Shown here: piece after piece, positions 11,844-21,461 of the stretch
How the letters are laid out: each line of letters begins with the position of its first letter
Position numbering within the stretch: the first letter of the stretch is position 1
DNA from: Wickerhamiella versatilis
Taxonomy: Eukaryota
DNA length: 64,000 nucleotides
Assembly (NCBI GenBank): GCA_030867685.1
Contig: JAQOWU010000008.1
Span: forward strand, 2,666,001-2,730,000
Reading direction: 5' to 3'
Notes under the pieces: generated by a model
Seen by the model: the letters and a program-made list of their open reading frames with translations, nothing else
Databases searched by the model: none
Told to the model about the DNA's origin: nothing
Program-made: the position numbers and the translations under genes

Positions 11844-11944
11844 CCCTTAATCGAAATTAAGTAGAAAAGACGGGGACTTTCCCCGCCAGATATGCTTGTA
11901 GACAATTACATCACACCTGACTGAATAATAGAACGTCCGTGCGT

Positions 11945-13885
11945 TCATGCAGCCTGTTCGCTTCCAGATTCGGCACTACTATTGCTACCAGTAGGACTAC
12001 CACTGAAATCGTGGCGGATTTCTGGGTTTCCTGAAGATGATGCAAGCTCCAAACGCGTCTGCTCCTGTTTTATTGCCCTCCAGCCCGAACGGTATGCGAC
12101 ATAAAACAGACTGCTTTTGAGCGCAGACATGCTCTCCGTTTCCCCAAATAACGCCTGGAATTTCAGATGACAGGCCCTCGCAGGAATTCGCTTCATACGC
12201 TGCTCACTTAACTCGTCGCTGATATATTTCCACTTGAACCGTTCGGCCGTGTCAAGCAGCTTGAATAGCTCCTCCTCATCCTGCGATGTCCAGTCAGTAT
12301 CAACCGGACCATCATAATCGTTGCCTGGGATTGTCATTAATTGCTCTTCTCCATTTTCGCCCTCGCCTGGAGAGATAGACATAGGCTCGTGTCTGGGTTC
12401 AGACATAACAGTTAACCTTGATGGGGACATCGGCTTACCGTGTTCGACATGCTGCTGCATTGCATGGGAAATCGGCGGTGTGGGAGTGTTTTGTGCTTCT
12501 CTTTGTGGGGACCAAGAATAATAACTATAGGAGGGGGGGTACTCCTCTCGTATCGCCTGGCCACCACCTGCAGTTCGGCTCGTAGACGATGGCCCAGGCC
12601 CAGGACCGGACCCAGGTAAAGGAATAGGCACAGGTCTGGGCCCAGGAGTAGGAGCAGGACCTGGACCTGGAATTGTGTTTGGCATGGGTCCTGAGCCAGG
12701 GGCTGGAGGACCAGGGGTCGGAACCGACTCTCTAAAATACATTCGTTGCGGTGGTGGAAGCGACTGTTGAGGCGGTGCCATGGCAATTCCTAGTCCTAAG
12801 GGTTGGTGTCCTTGCTGAGGACTGTTGTACATATTTGCCCCCATGGTGGCTTCGTCGTATGTCCAGGATGGCGGCCCGGGACCACTGCCAACATAGAATT
12901 GGTTGGAGGCGGGACCCGGCTGGACTGCAGCATTACTTGCCACTTCCTGAAGCTCTCGTGGTCCATGTCTGTGCTCCTGGCTTGCTTTACTGATCCCAGC
13001 ACGGGCCGACGTGGATGAAAAAGACCGTGCTCGGTCTAGATGGGGACCTTGGCTCTGACTATGGCTGCGAATATGCCGTGCTGTGCGTGTGGAGTGCCTC
13101 CTATGGTGTCTTAATTTAGGATTCTGGCCGATGTCGTCGATTTCTCCCTCAAAACTCTTCGGTGGTGGTAGGGTGAGTCCCTGTGGTGGCTCTCCCTCAG
13201 ATGCGGCGTGCGTGGGTGGGTGTGATGTTAAATTAGATGTCACTGTATGAATGGGGGGAGGCGAAGAGTGAGGTAGAGGTGCAGCAGGGATCCGGCGTGA
13301 GGGTCTGAAGGGACGAGACTGTGGCACAGAGCTCGGTCTGGACAATATCGAATCCCTTATGGGAGCCTCAATGTTAGGCCTAATTTCGTCGACAGGAATG
13401 GCAGTCTCAGTCTTTTCTGTTTGGTGTAGACCAGCTTTGTCCACAGGTTTCCGCTCACCCACTATTTCAGGGTCCACAGTGTTTAGTACAGCACCAAATT
13501 CACCCTGCGAGAACTCTGGCGTGTCGTTTGGTGACAATAAGAAGCAGCTGTCGCTAGTTGTTCTGTGATGTCTTGCTTGGTCCACAGTACGGGTTCGCAT
13601 GTGCCGAGGCACGAACGACAAGGAGAACTCTTCTTGTGGGGGCGCATACATCTGGCTCTCCTCGGCAGCTTGTGCCTCTGTTGCCGCTTCTGGAGGCGGA
13701 TGCGGCCTATATTGCGGAGATTCCTTGCTGGTGGGGTCCATGGGATACTGTATGTGCTCCTCAGGGATCAGTGGCATGTAGACTGAGTCGGTTCGCCGAC
13801 TGGATGCTCTTCGCGTTTTGGCGGTTGGAGACTTCGTATCGCGGTCTTTTTCTGTCAGGTCGCTTGCTTGGAAGGGAGCTGACAT
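11945..13885 (-). CDS. Proline-rich disordered protein with a C-terminal Myb/SANT-like domain
   Basis: 646-codon ORF with PGP repeats; C-terminal WTSQDEEELFKLL....KWKYISDEL....R.PARAC..KF. Confidence 0.75.
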   Translation of the reverse strand: MSAPFQASDLTEKDRDTKSPTAKTRRASSRRTDSVYMPLIPEEHIQYPMDPTSKESPQYRPHPPPEAATEAQAAEESQMYAPPQEEFSLSFVPRHMRTRTVDQARHHRTTSDSCFLLSPNDTPEFSQGEFGAVLNTVDPEIVGERKPVDKAGLHQTEKTETAIPVDEIRPNIEAPIRDSILSRPSSVPQSRPFRPSRRIPAAPLPHSSPPPIHTVTSNLTSHPPTHAASEGEPPQGLTLPPPKSFEGEIDDIGQNPKLRHHRRHSTRTARHIRSHSQSQGPHLDRARSFSSTSARAGISKASQEHRHGPRELQEVASNAAVQPGPASNQFYVGSGPGPPSWTYDEATMGANMYNSPQQGHQPLGLGIAMAPPQQSLPPPQRMYFRESVPTPGPPAPGSGPMPNTIPGPGPAPTPGPRPVPIPLPGSGPGPGPSSTSRTAGGGQAIREEYPPSYSYYSWSPQREAQNTPTPPISHAMQQHVEHGKPMSPSRLTVMSEPRHEPMSISPGEGENGEEQLMTIPGNDYDGPVDTDWTSQDEEELFKLLDTAERFKWKYISDELSEQRMKRIPARACHLKFQALFGETESMSALKSSLFYVAYRSGWRAIKQEQTRLELASSSGNPEIRHDFSGSPTGSNSSAESGSEQAA

Positions 13886-14557
13886 TTCTTTGGCGCATTA
13901 AACCGGTCAGATCGTCCTAGAGGAAAAGGAAGCCGCAGGTATTGCCGAAGGGTGGTTGGGTTGGGTGCTGTATGTTTTAGATTTGATCGCACTGCATAAT
14001 ATGGTCGAAAGGCTATTACTGGGCACATCTAATTCTGCATCCACTAAAGGGCAGATATATTTATTTATATATTAATCTCAACAAGTTCGACAAATATGTA
14101 TATATACGTCTTTATGACGACTAGACTCAATACTGAAAAAAAAGAGCCGGCCATTAGTCCCGACGCAAATCACTCTAGTCCCCCTTTCCCCTCCATTCAA
14201 CCAACTGCTCGGCTGATGAAGTGAATGGGGGACATGGTATCAGTATCGGAAAAGCATAACCCGGCTGGGTGGGTAAATATGTACGCATAATTCCGCCCTA
14301 GCCCTCTATTAGCTAATCATATTTTGGATTGGACAGTGGTTATGTCCTGCCTCACTTATTCTTGGAAACCAACGCCAAGCTTACGTTTAACTGTATTTGT
14401 TTAAAATCTAATGAAGCTTAGCTTATATTTCTATACTTTCTGCGTATACCCTTTCCTGGAATCAAAATAGCTGTGGTCGGTGGGTCTCCGTTGTGAAATA
14501 TTACCGCACCTCTACTGATAACACGCATTTTTGGCGCACTAGCCACAGAGGTCTGAC

Positions 14558-15622
14558 TTAGGAAAGGTCAGAAACCAAGCTTTCCACCTTTCCAGTGTCC
14601 AGAAGACTTTCCACGTTGTGCAATACTTCTGCCTCCATCTTCTTGCGGGCCACAACTGTATGGGTGCCAACATGTGGGAGCAGCATTGTGTTCTCATTTG
14701 CTATGAGACCAGGATGAACCTTGGGCTCATGCTCATATACATCTAGGCCCACCGAACGCACATGTCCGGAATTCAGAGCATCGACAAGGGCATCTTCGTC
14801 GATGACAGGTCCCCGACCCACATTGATAATGTATACACCTTTCTTCATTCTCGAAATGATGTCACGGTTGATGATGTGATGGGTTGCTGCGGAGTGGGGC
14901 AAAACAGAGAGGATGACATCGCTGGTTTCAATGAGTTCATCCTGGGAGACATACGCTGTGTTCTTGGCCCTATCCTTTGGCAATTCGCGTCTGTTGTGGT
15001 ACTGGATCTTTTTGAAATTGAATGCAGCCTCCACTTTATCGCGGATGAGTTCACCAACGCCACCCATGCCCCAGATTCCTAGAGTTTTACCGTCGTACTC
15101 ATCCGCGAGAGGAATTCCCGATATGAAGTTGCCTTGGCGCAGATTGATCATCGTCCGGCCAAAATTACGCAAGGTACCCAAAATCAGCCACAAAGCAACA
15201 TCTGCAGTGGCCTGCTGAACGCTCAGCGGGGTGTTGGAAACTTGGATGCCTTTACTCTTGTAGATCTTAACGTTTTCCCCATGAACGTTTAGGGCATCAT
15301 AACCTGCACCGAAGTGACATATTCCGTCAACGCCATTGGGAATGCTCTCTATGAGTTCAGTGGTCCATTTGCCAAACTTACTTCCCCCAAAGCTGACGGC
15401 CATAACCTTGATGTCGTGGGTTTTGAAGTATTCCTTCAATTTATCCAATGACGAAACTTCCTGGGGAAGTTCAACAAGATCTAGTGAGTGGCGTGTTGCA
15501 ATCTCTTGCCACTCCTTGGCATAGAACGTTCTGATACCTGGAAAGACCAATAGCTCTGGCATTGCGATAGTGGAGAAACGCTGGGTTGCTACGTAAGCTG
15601 ACCTTCTGAGACAGTGAAACAT
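14558..15622 (-). CDS. D-isomer-specific 2-hydroxyacid dehydrogenase (glyoxylate reductase Gor1-like)
   Basis: GAGYD, GIWGMGGVG Rossmann motif, INVGRGPVIDE, GLDVYEHEP and LLPHVG. Confidence 0.92.
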   Translation of the reverse strand: MFHCLRRSAYVATQRFSTIAMPELLVFPGIRTFYAKEWQEIATRHSLDLVELPQEVSSLDKLKEYFKTHDIKVMAVSFGGSKFGKWTTELIESIPNGVDGICHFGAGYDALNVHGENVKIYKSKGIQVSNTPLSVQQATADVALWLILGTLRNFGRTMINLRQGNFISGIPLADEYDGKTLGIWGMGGVGELIRDKVEAAFNFKKIQYHNRRELPKDRAKNTAYVSQDELIETSDVILSVLPHSAATHHIINRDIISRMKKGVYIINVGRGPVIDEDALVDALNSGHVRSVGLDVYEHEPKVHPGLIANENTMLLPHVGTHTVVARKKMEAEVLHNVESLLDTGKVESLVSDLS

Positions 15623-16272
15623 CAGGTGAGCTTAAGTCAGGATAAATCTAATGTGACTAGTGGCAATCACGCGGAATGATGACTTACTTTTTTGTGTATT
15701 AGTATGCAAAATGAAGTCGTCCCACGCACCCTTTAAAGGGCCCTAAAGGGATCGCATTTCTGTAGTAATCATATGATAAGGCAATTCACGGGGCACTGAG
15801 ATCCCTGAGGGGATATTTAGCAGTCACGGTCAAGCAAATGAGTTTTTTGGGGACAAGAAGCCAGTGCTAGGCAGAATTGGTTCCACAAGGTCAGCAAGTT
15901 GGTCCCCCTTTTTTTTGTTACCATCCCTGTTGCTTGTGAGCATTATTTATAGTAGAATTATCGTACGATTAGGAAATGAAGGTAGCTGATTTGAATAGAG
16001 CTAAGCCCGCTAAAAAAGCAGGATGCCCTAATAGAGCCCCGTGGTCCACGTGGCAAACCTTCCTGCGGCTAGGTTCAATTGAAGGGAGAAGTGTATTTAA
16101 TTTTAGATCCATGTCTAGGAATAAAATAATAATTAAAAAAAGTAACTTTTCCACAGGGCAAAAGGTAGGCTTAGATGCACATATGCCCCGTGTCAGTTAG
16201 GGAGTGTGTGCCAATGCAGCTCAAGTTCTGGCTAAGCACACATTACTAAGCCGATTCCATTCGCGACGGAAC

Positions 16273-17295
16273 ATGACACCTGAGCAGGAAAAAGAGTTCC
16301 TTGCGAGCTACCCTCAGACAGCCCCGCCTTCTGCCGGACATGGGCATCCGGGTAACCTTACACCAGAAGAGAAGAAATCCGTCGAGCATCTTCGTGACTT
16401 CTTGAAGGCTGAGGGTTATACGCTGCGTCTGGATGATGCGTCAATGTGCCGATATCTGCGCGCACGCTCATGGGACGTGTCCAAGGCCCACGATATGTTT
16501 GCAGCCACGGAGAAGTGGCGTCGTGAGGAAAATATTGATGATATTTTGTACGATTTTGCGTATACGGAGTGCGATGAGGTGAACAAGTACTACCCGCAAT
16601 ACTACTATAAAACCGATAAGGATGGCCGGCCTGTGTACTACGAGGAGATAGGCCAGGTCGATATCAATGCGTTGCTGAAGATTACGACCATGGATCGCAT
16701 GCTCAAAAATCTGGTCTGGGAATATGAGGCATTCACTCAACACCGCCTTCCAGCGTGCTCGCGGGAGTTCGGGTACCTGATAGAGACGTCCTGCACCGTG
16801 CTTGACCTCAAGGATGTCTCAATTTACAAGGCGAGCTCGGTCTACTCCTATATTCGGGAAGCTTCGCATATTGGCCAGAACTACTATCCTGAGCGTATGG
16901 GTAAATTTTATGTGATCAATGCTCCGTGGGGGTTCAGCGGAATCTGGTCTGTGATTAAGAGGTTTCTTGACCCGGTCACTGTGGAAAAGGTACATATTTT
17001 GGGCCACAAGTATCAATCTGATCTCCTCAAACAGATTCCACCCCAGAATTTGCCTCAGGAGTTTGGCGGTTTGCCAACCACAGATAAAGAATCATTCAGG
17101 ACATCGGACCAGGGTCCTTGGAGAAATCCGGCCAACGTAGGTCCTGAGGGTCTCGCGCCCCTAAGCGGCACGTCTAAGGAACGACCCAAGTCTGAGAAGG
17201 TTGACGTTCCTCCTTCTAATGATGCTAAAGATGATGCTGAAAAGGCCAATGCAGATATTGGCTCGCCAGGCTACCAAACACCACCGACTGCTTAA
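16273..17295 (+). CDS. SEC14: Phosphatidylinositol/phosphatidylcholine transfer protein
   Basis: PGNLTPE, RLDDA...RYLRAR, YYPQYYYKTDKDGRPVY and QNYYPERMGKFYVINAP. First ATG at 16273. Confidence 0.95.
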   Translation: MTPEQEKEFLASYPQTAPPSAGHGHPGNLTPEEKKSVEHLRDFLKAEGYTLRLDDASMCRYLRARSWDVSKAHDMFAATEKWRREENIDDILYDFAYTECDEVNKYYPQYYYKTDKDGRPVYYEEIGQVDINALLKITTMDRMLKNLVWEYEAFTQHRLPACSREFGYLIETSCTVLDLKDVSIYKASSVYSYIREASHIGQNYYPERMGKFYVINAPWGFSGIWSVIKRFLDPVTVEKVHILGHKYQSDLLKQIPPQNLPQEFGGLPTTDKESFRTSDQGPWRNPANVGPEGLAPLSGTSKERPKSEKVDVPPSNDAKDDAEKANADIGSPGYQTPPTA

Positions 17296-17414
17296 AGAAT
17301 TATCATAAACGTTAGAGGATATTGATTATTCACGTGACCTGTGACTAATACTATAGGGAGGAGCTATCTAAGCTAAGCTACGATAGTACTTTTTTAGTTG
17401 ACGCCACCGGGGTA

Positions 17415-17867
17415 ATGTCTACAACAGCGCGCAAGCGGCTCATGCGCGATTTTCGCCGTATGAGACAAGATAGCCCGGGTGGTGTTAGTGCTTCGCCCAC
17501 ACCGGAAGATATAATGCGATGGAACGCAGTTATAATTGGCCCTGATGGGACGCCTTTTGAGGATGGCACGTTCAAACTCGTTCTCCAGTTTGATGAAAGC
17601 TATCCCACGAAGCCTCCCAGTGTCAAGTTTATTTCTGAGATGTTTCATCCCAACGTGTATGCATCAGGAGAGCTGTGTTTGGACATTCTTCAAAATCGTT
17701 GGAGTCCCACGTATGATGTATCCACGATTCTCATGAGCATACAGAGCTTATTGAATGATCCTAATACCGCATCTCCCGCTAACGTTGAGGCATCCAATAT
17801 GTTTAGGGACCATCGCAACCAGTATAGCAAACGGGTTCGGGAAACCGTCGAGAAAAGTTGGATGTGA
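17415..17867 (+). CDS. RAD6: Ubiquitin-conjugating enzyme E2 Rad6/Ubc2 (no acidic tail)
   Basis: [13 protein letters not shown] and [26 protein letters not shown]. Confidence 0.97.
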   Translation: MSTTARKRLMRDFRRMRQDSPGGVSASPTPEDIMRWNAVIIGPDGTPFEDGTFKLVLQFDESYPTKPPSVKFISEMFHPNVYASGELCLDILQNRWSPTYDVSTILMSIQSLLNDPNTASPANVEASNMFRDHRNQYSKRVRETVEKSWM

Positions 17868-18110
17868 GTTTGCACGAGACAAATCTCTCGAGACTCACTC
17901 TGGGAACAGAGGAGACTGCACCTCCCTCGAGTCTGCCTGTGGGAGCACTGGGGTCGCAGTTGGAGGTGGAGTTGGAGTCGCTTAGCGACATGCGTTGAAA
18001 AGTTACTTCGAAACGGAGTAGCCTGAAATAAGCTTAAGCAGAGGCAATTATGGACATAGTTGTGTGTGTTTAGAGTGTTTCACTATCACTAGTCATATAT
18101 CTTAGAGCAT

Positions 18111-20414
18111 TTAATCTACATCAACGAGTAGGCATCCGCGAACCTCTGTCAACAGAATTTCACTAGCGCCTTGGACTTCTGCGAAATGTTTGGACGCAGA
18201 CGCGGCCGATCCAAGTGCTCGTTCACATTCCTCGCGTTGTCTTGTTTGGGTCTCCAACTGTGACTGAAATGCCGCCCTCACATCCTGGGCAGGAAACTTC
18301 AGGACTTTGCGGGACTCAGACGCAATACGATCAGCGTTGTGTTGCACGTAGCCCATTTCGTCGATTTCGAAGGCAATTTTTCGGGAGAGGGCCCGAGGTA
18401 TCGTTCTGGGGAGCTCATGTACTATCCAGAGCCCTAGGCCTGCCACACCAACAATGCTAATAGGTAACAGGAGTTTACGAACATCGACCCAGCCAGCGTC
18501 GAATGCTGCCTTGACCACCTGGGAGCCGAGTGCTAGCTGGGTGCCACCTACAACCGAGAAGGCAGTGAGGAAACCACTCAATAGTGAGGTTGATGAAGAG
18601 GAGACCAGTGCTTTCTTTGAAGCCTTCAACACCGGCAAAGGACGTTCAAGAATTGGAGTGATGTCAAATATGTCAGTCAAGCCAAACGTTGAATGTATAG
18701 ATTTACCCAAATTATCGCGTTTTCTGCTGAACATGGCAGATTTTTGGAAGACTCTTGCGAACGCTGGGCGGTCTCCCACATGAAGAACGCCCAATTGCTT
18801 GATAGCGTCAACAGCAGTAGCAGTAACATCTCTAGCGTTATCTTCACAGTGAGCCACCGCATCCTGGATGTGTGAAACCAGGGAATCACGTGTCGCAGCT
18901 GCGTATTTGAGGACATCGAACAAACCAGTCCAAGGTACCAAAGGCACATTTCCCGTTTCTGTAACGGCTTTTGAAAGGTGTTCACAGCTTTGGTTAAAAA
19001 GAGCATGAGTGAGACGCTCAACGTCACGATCAATTTGCTCCGAAACCTGCGCATATTCGCGAGCAGCCGAGTCGATACCAGGCTCCATGTCTGCCAATTC
19101 ACCGGAGAGCTTCTGCTCATTGTTTTTAGCTATTTCTGCATTGATACGCGATAGTGATCCAATATCTGTCAATACATTGACTAGATATGTTCGTGCCGGT
19201 GCTAGTTTAGACAGACTGCGCTTGCGTAGGACGAAATTACGCAGGGACATCTCTAGCTTGTCAAAATCAGGGCTACCAAGACCATGGGGCGGGGAAGGAC
19301 CAGAGGGAGGATGTGAAGGGCTGGGTGCCGTTACAAAATGTACAAAATCGTCCTGGTCCTTATGCGTCTCCGGTGCGAGATCAGCTACTTGATTGAGAAT
19401 CCTTTCCCGACAACGCTGCTGATTTCTTATTTTGTCGAAATTATTCACAACAATAAATACTAGGCTTTTCTCTCTCGCAGTATCACTCACAAAATCTTTT
19501 GCAGTTTGGGTGAAATGATTTTCCGCGGAGACAACGAAAATTACAAGGTCTATCTCCTCCTGGCGACCAAAAACTTCTTCTGTCTGTAAATTGGAAACAT
19601 TAAGCCCCGGTGCATCAATAAGGCAGATATCCACAACTCCGTTGGCAAGCAGGCTGGTGTCGAGAGGACGGGGGTCCACCAAGTAAACTTTCAACAATGC
19701 ATATTTGTCCGACTCATGGACAAGGTTATCAAGCTCTTGAAGTGGAGCAGCCTTGAATGTCTTAGGGTTTTCACGGTCGTATTTTTGGCCTAGTTCAACT
19801 GCGTGTACCTCTTCGATGCCAGAGTTATTTGCCGTCGCATCCAGTACTTCACAGAAAACTTCTGTACATGGCTGTTGATCAATAGGAAGGATATCACGAC
19901 GAAGCAAAGCGTTGCAAAGTGAAGACTTTCCGGAATTAAGATCACCAGTTATCAACACCCGGGAAGCAGTATCCTCCAATCGTTCTCTCAATTTTTCTGC
20001 ACGTTGAATTACATGCAATAACTTAGATTCAAGTAACCCTTGAACACTGCGAGCGTATGCGGAATCAGAAAGCGACCGGGTATCTAAAGTCAGTACCCGA
20101 AGGGACATATCCTGTGGAACTTCTATCACCTCTCCTATCTGCTGAAAATGAAGAAAGTTACGAAGAACTTCAACAGTACGCTGAATCCATTCGCCTAGAG
20201 CTCGCTGGTTTTGTACATATCGCCTCTGACGCTCATGCGCGTCAAGTTGATCTCGTGAAGTTCGTGACAACGATCGCATTTGTCGAGGGGGGTGTGGGCC
20301 ATCAATCCCATCAGTGATCATAGATAAGACACCATCCACAGCGACTGCGTCTGGCTTAAGATGTCGTTTAGAGTCAGACTGATCTTCTGTCGACCTCTCA
20401 TCTGAAGGGGTCAT
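18111..20414 (-). CDS. FZO1: Mitofusin GTPase
   Basis: RVLITGDLNSGKS, LPIDQQPCT, IDAPGLN, RQEEIDLVIFVV, LRNFVL.KRS.SKL.PA; C-terminal TM region and coiled coil. Confidence 0.93.
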   Translation of the reverse strand: MTPSDERSTEDQSDSKRHLKPDAVAVDGVLSMITDGIDGPHPPRQMRSLSRTSRDQLDAHERQRRYVQNQRALGEWIQRTVEVLRNFLHFQQIGEVIEVPQDMSLRVLTLDTRSLSDSAYARSVQGLLESKLLHVIQRAEKLRERLEDTASRVLITGDLNSGKSSLCNALLRRDILPIDQQPCTEVFCEVLDATANNSGIEEVHAVELGQKYDRENPKTFKAAPLQELDNLVHESDKYALLKVYLVDPRPLDTSLLANGVVDICLIDAPGLNVSNLQTEEVFGRQEEIDLVIFVVSAENHFTQTAKDFVSDTAREKSLVFIVVNNFDKIRNQQRCRERILNQVADLAPETHKDQDDFVHFVTAPSPSHPPSGPSPPHGLGSPDFDKLEMSLRNFVLRKRSLSKLAPARTYLVNVLTDIGSLSRINAEIAKNNEQKLSGELADMEPGIDSAAREYAQVSEQIDRDVERLTHALFNQSCEHLSKAVTETGNVPLVPWTGLFDVLKYAAATRDSLVSHIQDAVAHCEDNARDVTATAVDAIKQLGVLHVGDRPAFARVFQKSAMFSRKRDNLGKSIHSTFGLTDIFDITPILERPLPVLKASKKALVSSSSTSLLSGFLTAFSVVGGTQLALGSQVVKAAFDAGWVDVRKLLLPISIVGVAGLGLWIVHELPRTIPRALSRKIAFEIDEMGYVQHNADRIASESRKVLKFPAQDVRAAFQSQLETQTRQREECERALGSAASASKHFAEVQGASEILLTEVRGCLLVDVD

Positions 20415-20431
20415 TGGCTTACGTTGGCTGG

Positions 20432-21340
20432 ATGAATGGTGTCTTTGCCGTAGCTAAACCGGGAGGACCTACCTCCCAGGAGGTAGTAGCTCACTTGAAG
20501 AAAATATTTACCTCCTCTCCTTTTTATGAACCCCCCAAGCAGTCGGGTCCTAAAGGCCAAAAAGGAAAGCGTGGGCGTGGGAGGAAAGACTGGATTAAAA
20601 TCGGACATGGCGGCACCTTAGATCCTTTGGCTGATGGTGTTTTAGTATTAGGCGTTGGTACTGGAACTAAACGCCTCCAGGGCTATTTGAGTGGATGCTC
20701 AAAAGTATACAAGGCCATAGCTCTCTTCGGCTGTAGTACCACTACATATGACCAGGAAGGTGCAGTGTTGGCCTGGGGACCTACAGAGAAACTCGACGAT
20801 AATTCGGTGCAGAAGGCTCTTGAGGCATTTAAAGGAGAAATCAGCCAGTTGCCGCCTGTTTTCAGTGCCCTTAAAATGGATGGTAAACCTCTCTATGAAT
20901 ACGCGCGTGAGGGCAAGCTTCTTCCGCGCCCAATTGAACCTCGCATTTGCAACATTGACTTTTTGAAAGCCGGAAAGCTTAATTGGGATCATAAATATAT
21001 GTTCCCTGAAAATATTGCGTCCGCGGGCGATCGCGAATTTGCCAGCAAAGTTTCTGGCGAAGATTATCTCCCAGAAACCACTCGGCCAACAGCTGGACCC
21101 ATATTGGAACTTGAATTTAGTGTGTCCTCAGGTACATATATCCGCAGCCTGGTTCACGACCTTGGTAAAGCATTGGGAACCCAAGCACATCTGGTGAGCC
21201 TCACTCGTATGAGCCAGGGACCGTGGTCACTAGGCAAGAACACTCTTTCTTTTGAACTATTTGATAAACCGTATGAAGAATGGTGGAAAAGTCTCAAGCC
21301 GGTCCTTGATGACGGGCCTGATAGAGCTTTGGAAAATTAG
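20432..21340 (+). CDS. PUS4: tRNA pseudouridine-55 synthase (TruB family)
   Basis: MNGVFAVAKP start, KIGHGGTLDPLADGVL, PPVFSALKMDGKPLYEYAR and SSGTYIRSLVHDLG. Confidence 0.95.
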   Translation: MNGVFAVAKPGGPTSQEVVAHLKKIFTSSPFYEPPKQSGPKGQKGKRGRGRKDWIKIGHGGTLDPLADGVLVLGVGTGTKRLQGYLSGCSKVYKAIALFGCSTTTYDQEGAVLAWGPTEKLDDNSVQKALEAFKGEISQLPPVFSALKMDGKPLYEYAREGKLLPRPIEPRICNIDFLKAGKLNWDHKYMFPENIASAGDREFASKVSGEDYLPETTRPTAGPILELEFSVSSGTYIRSLVHDLGKALGTQAHLVSLTRMSQGPWSLGKNTLSFELFDKPYEEWWKSLKPVLDDGPDRALEN

Positions 21341-21461
21341 TGATTTATGAATATGGAAGAGATCCATCTACCGACCCTACCAATTTTGTATATATAGATC
21401 TAACAACTGTTTATAGCTTGTGATGCTAGCTAGCCAGTAAATGTCTCTGCAGGCTAGATCA

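Noticed and set aside
15676-15799. Box C (ATGATGA) and box D (CTGA) pair suggesting a C/D snoRNA
   Set aside because: I could see no terminal stem or rRNA-complementary guide; snoscan would be needed to settle it.
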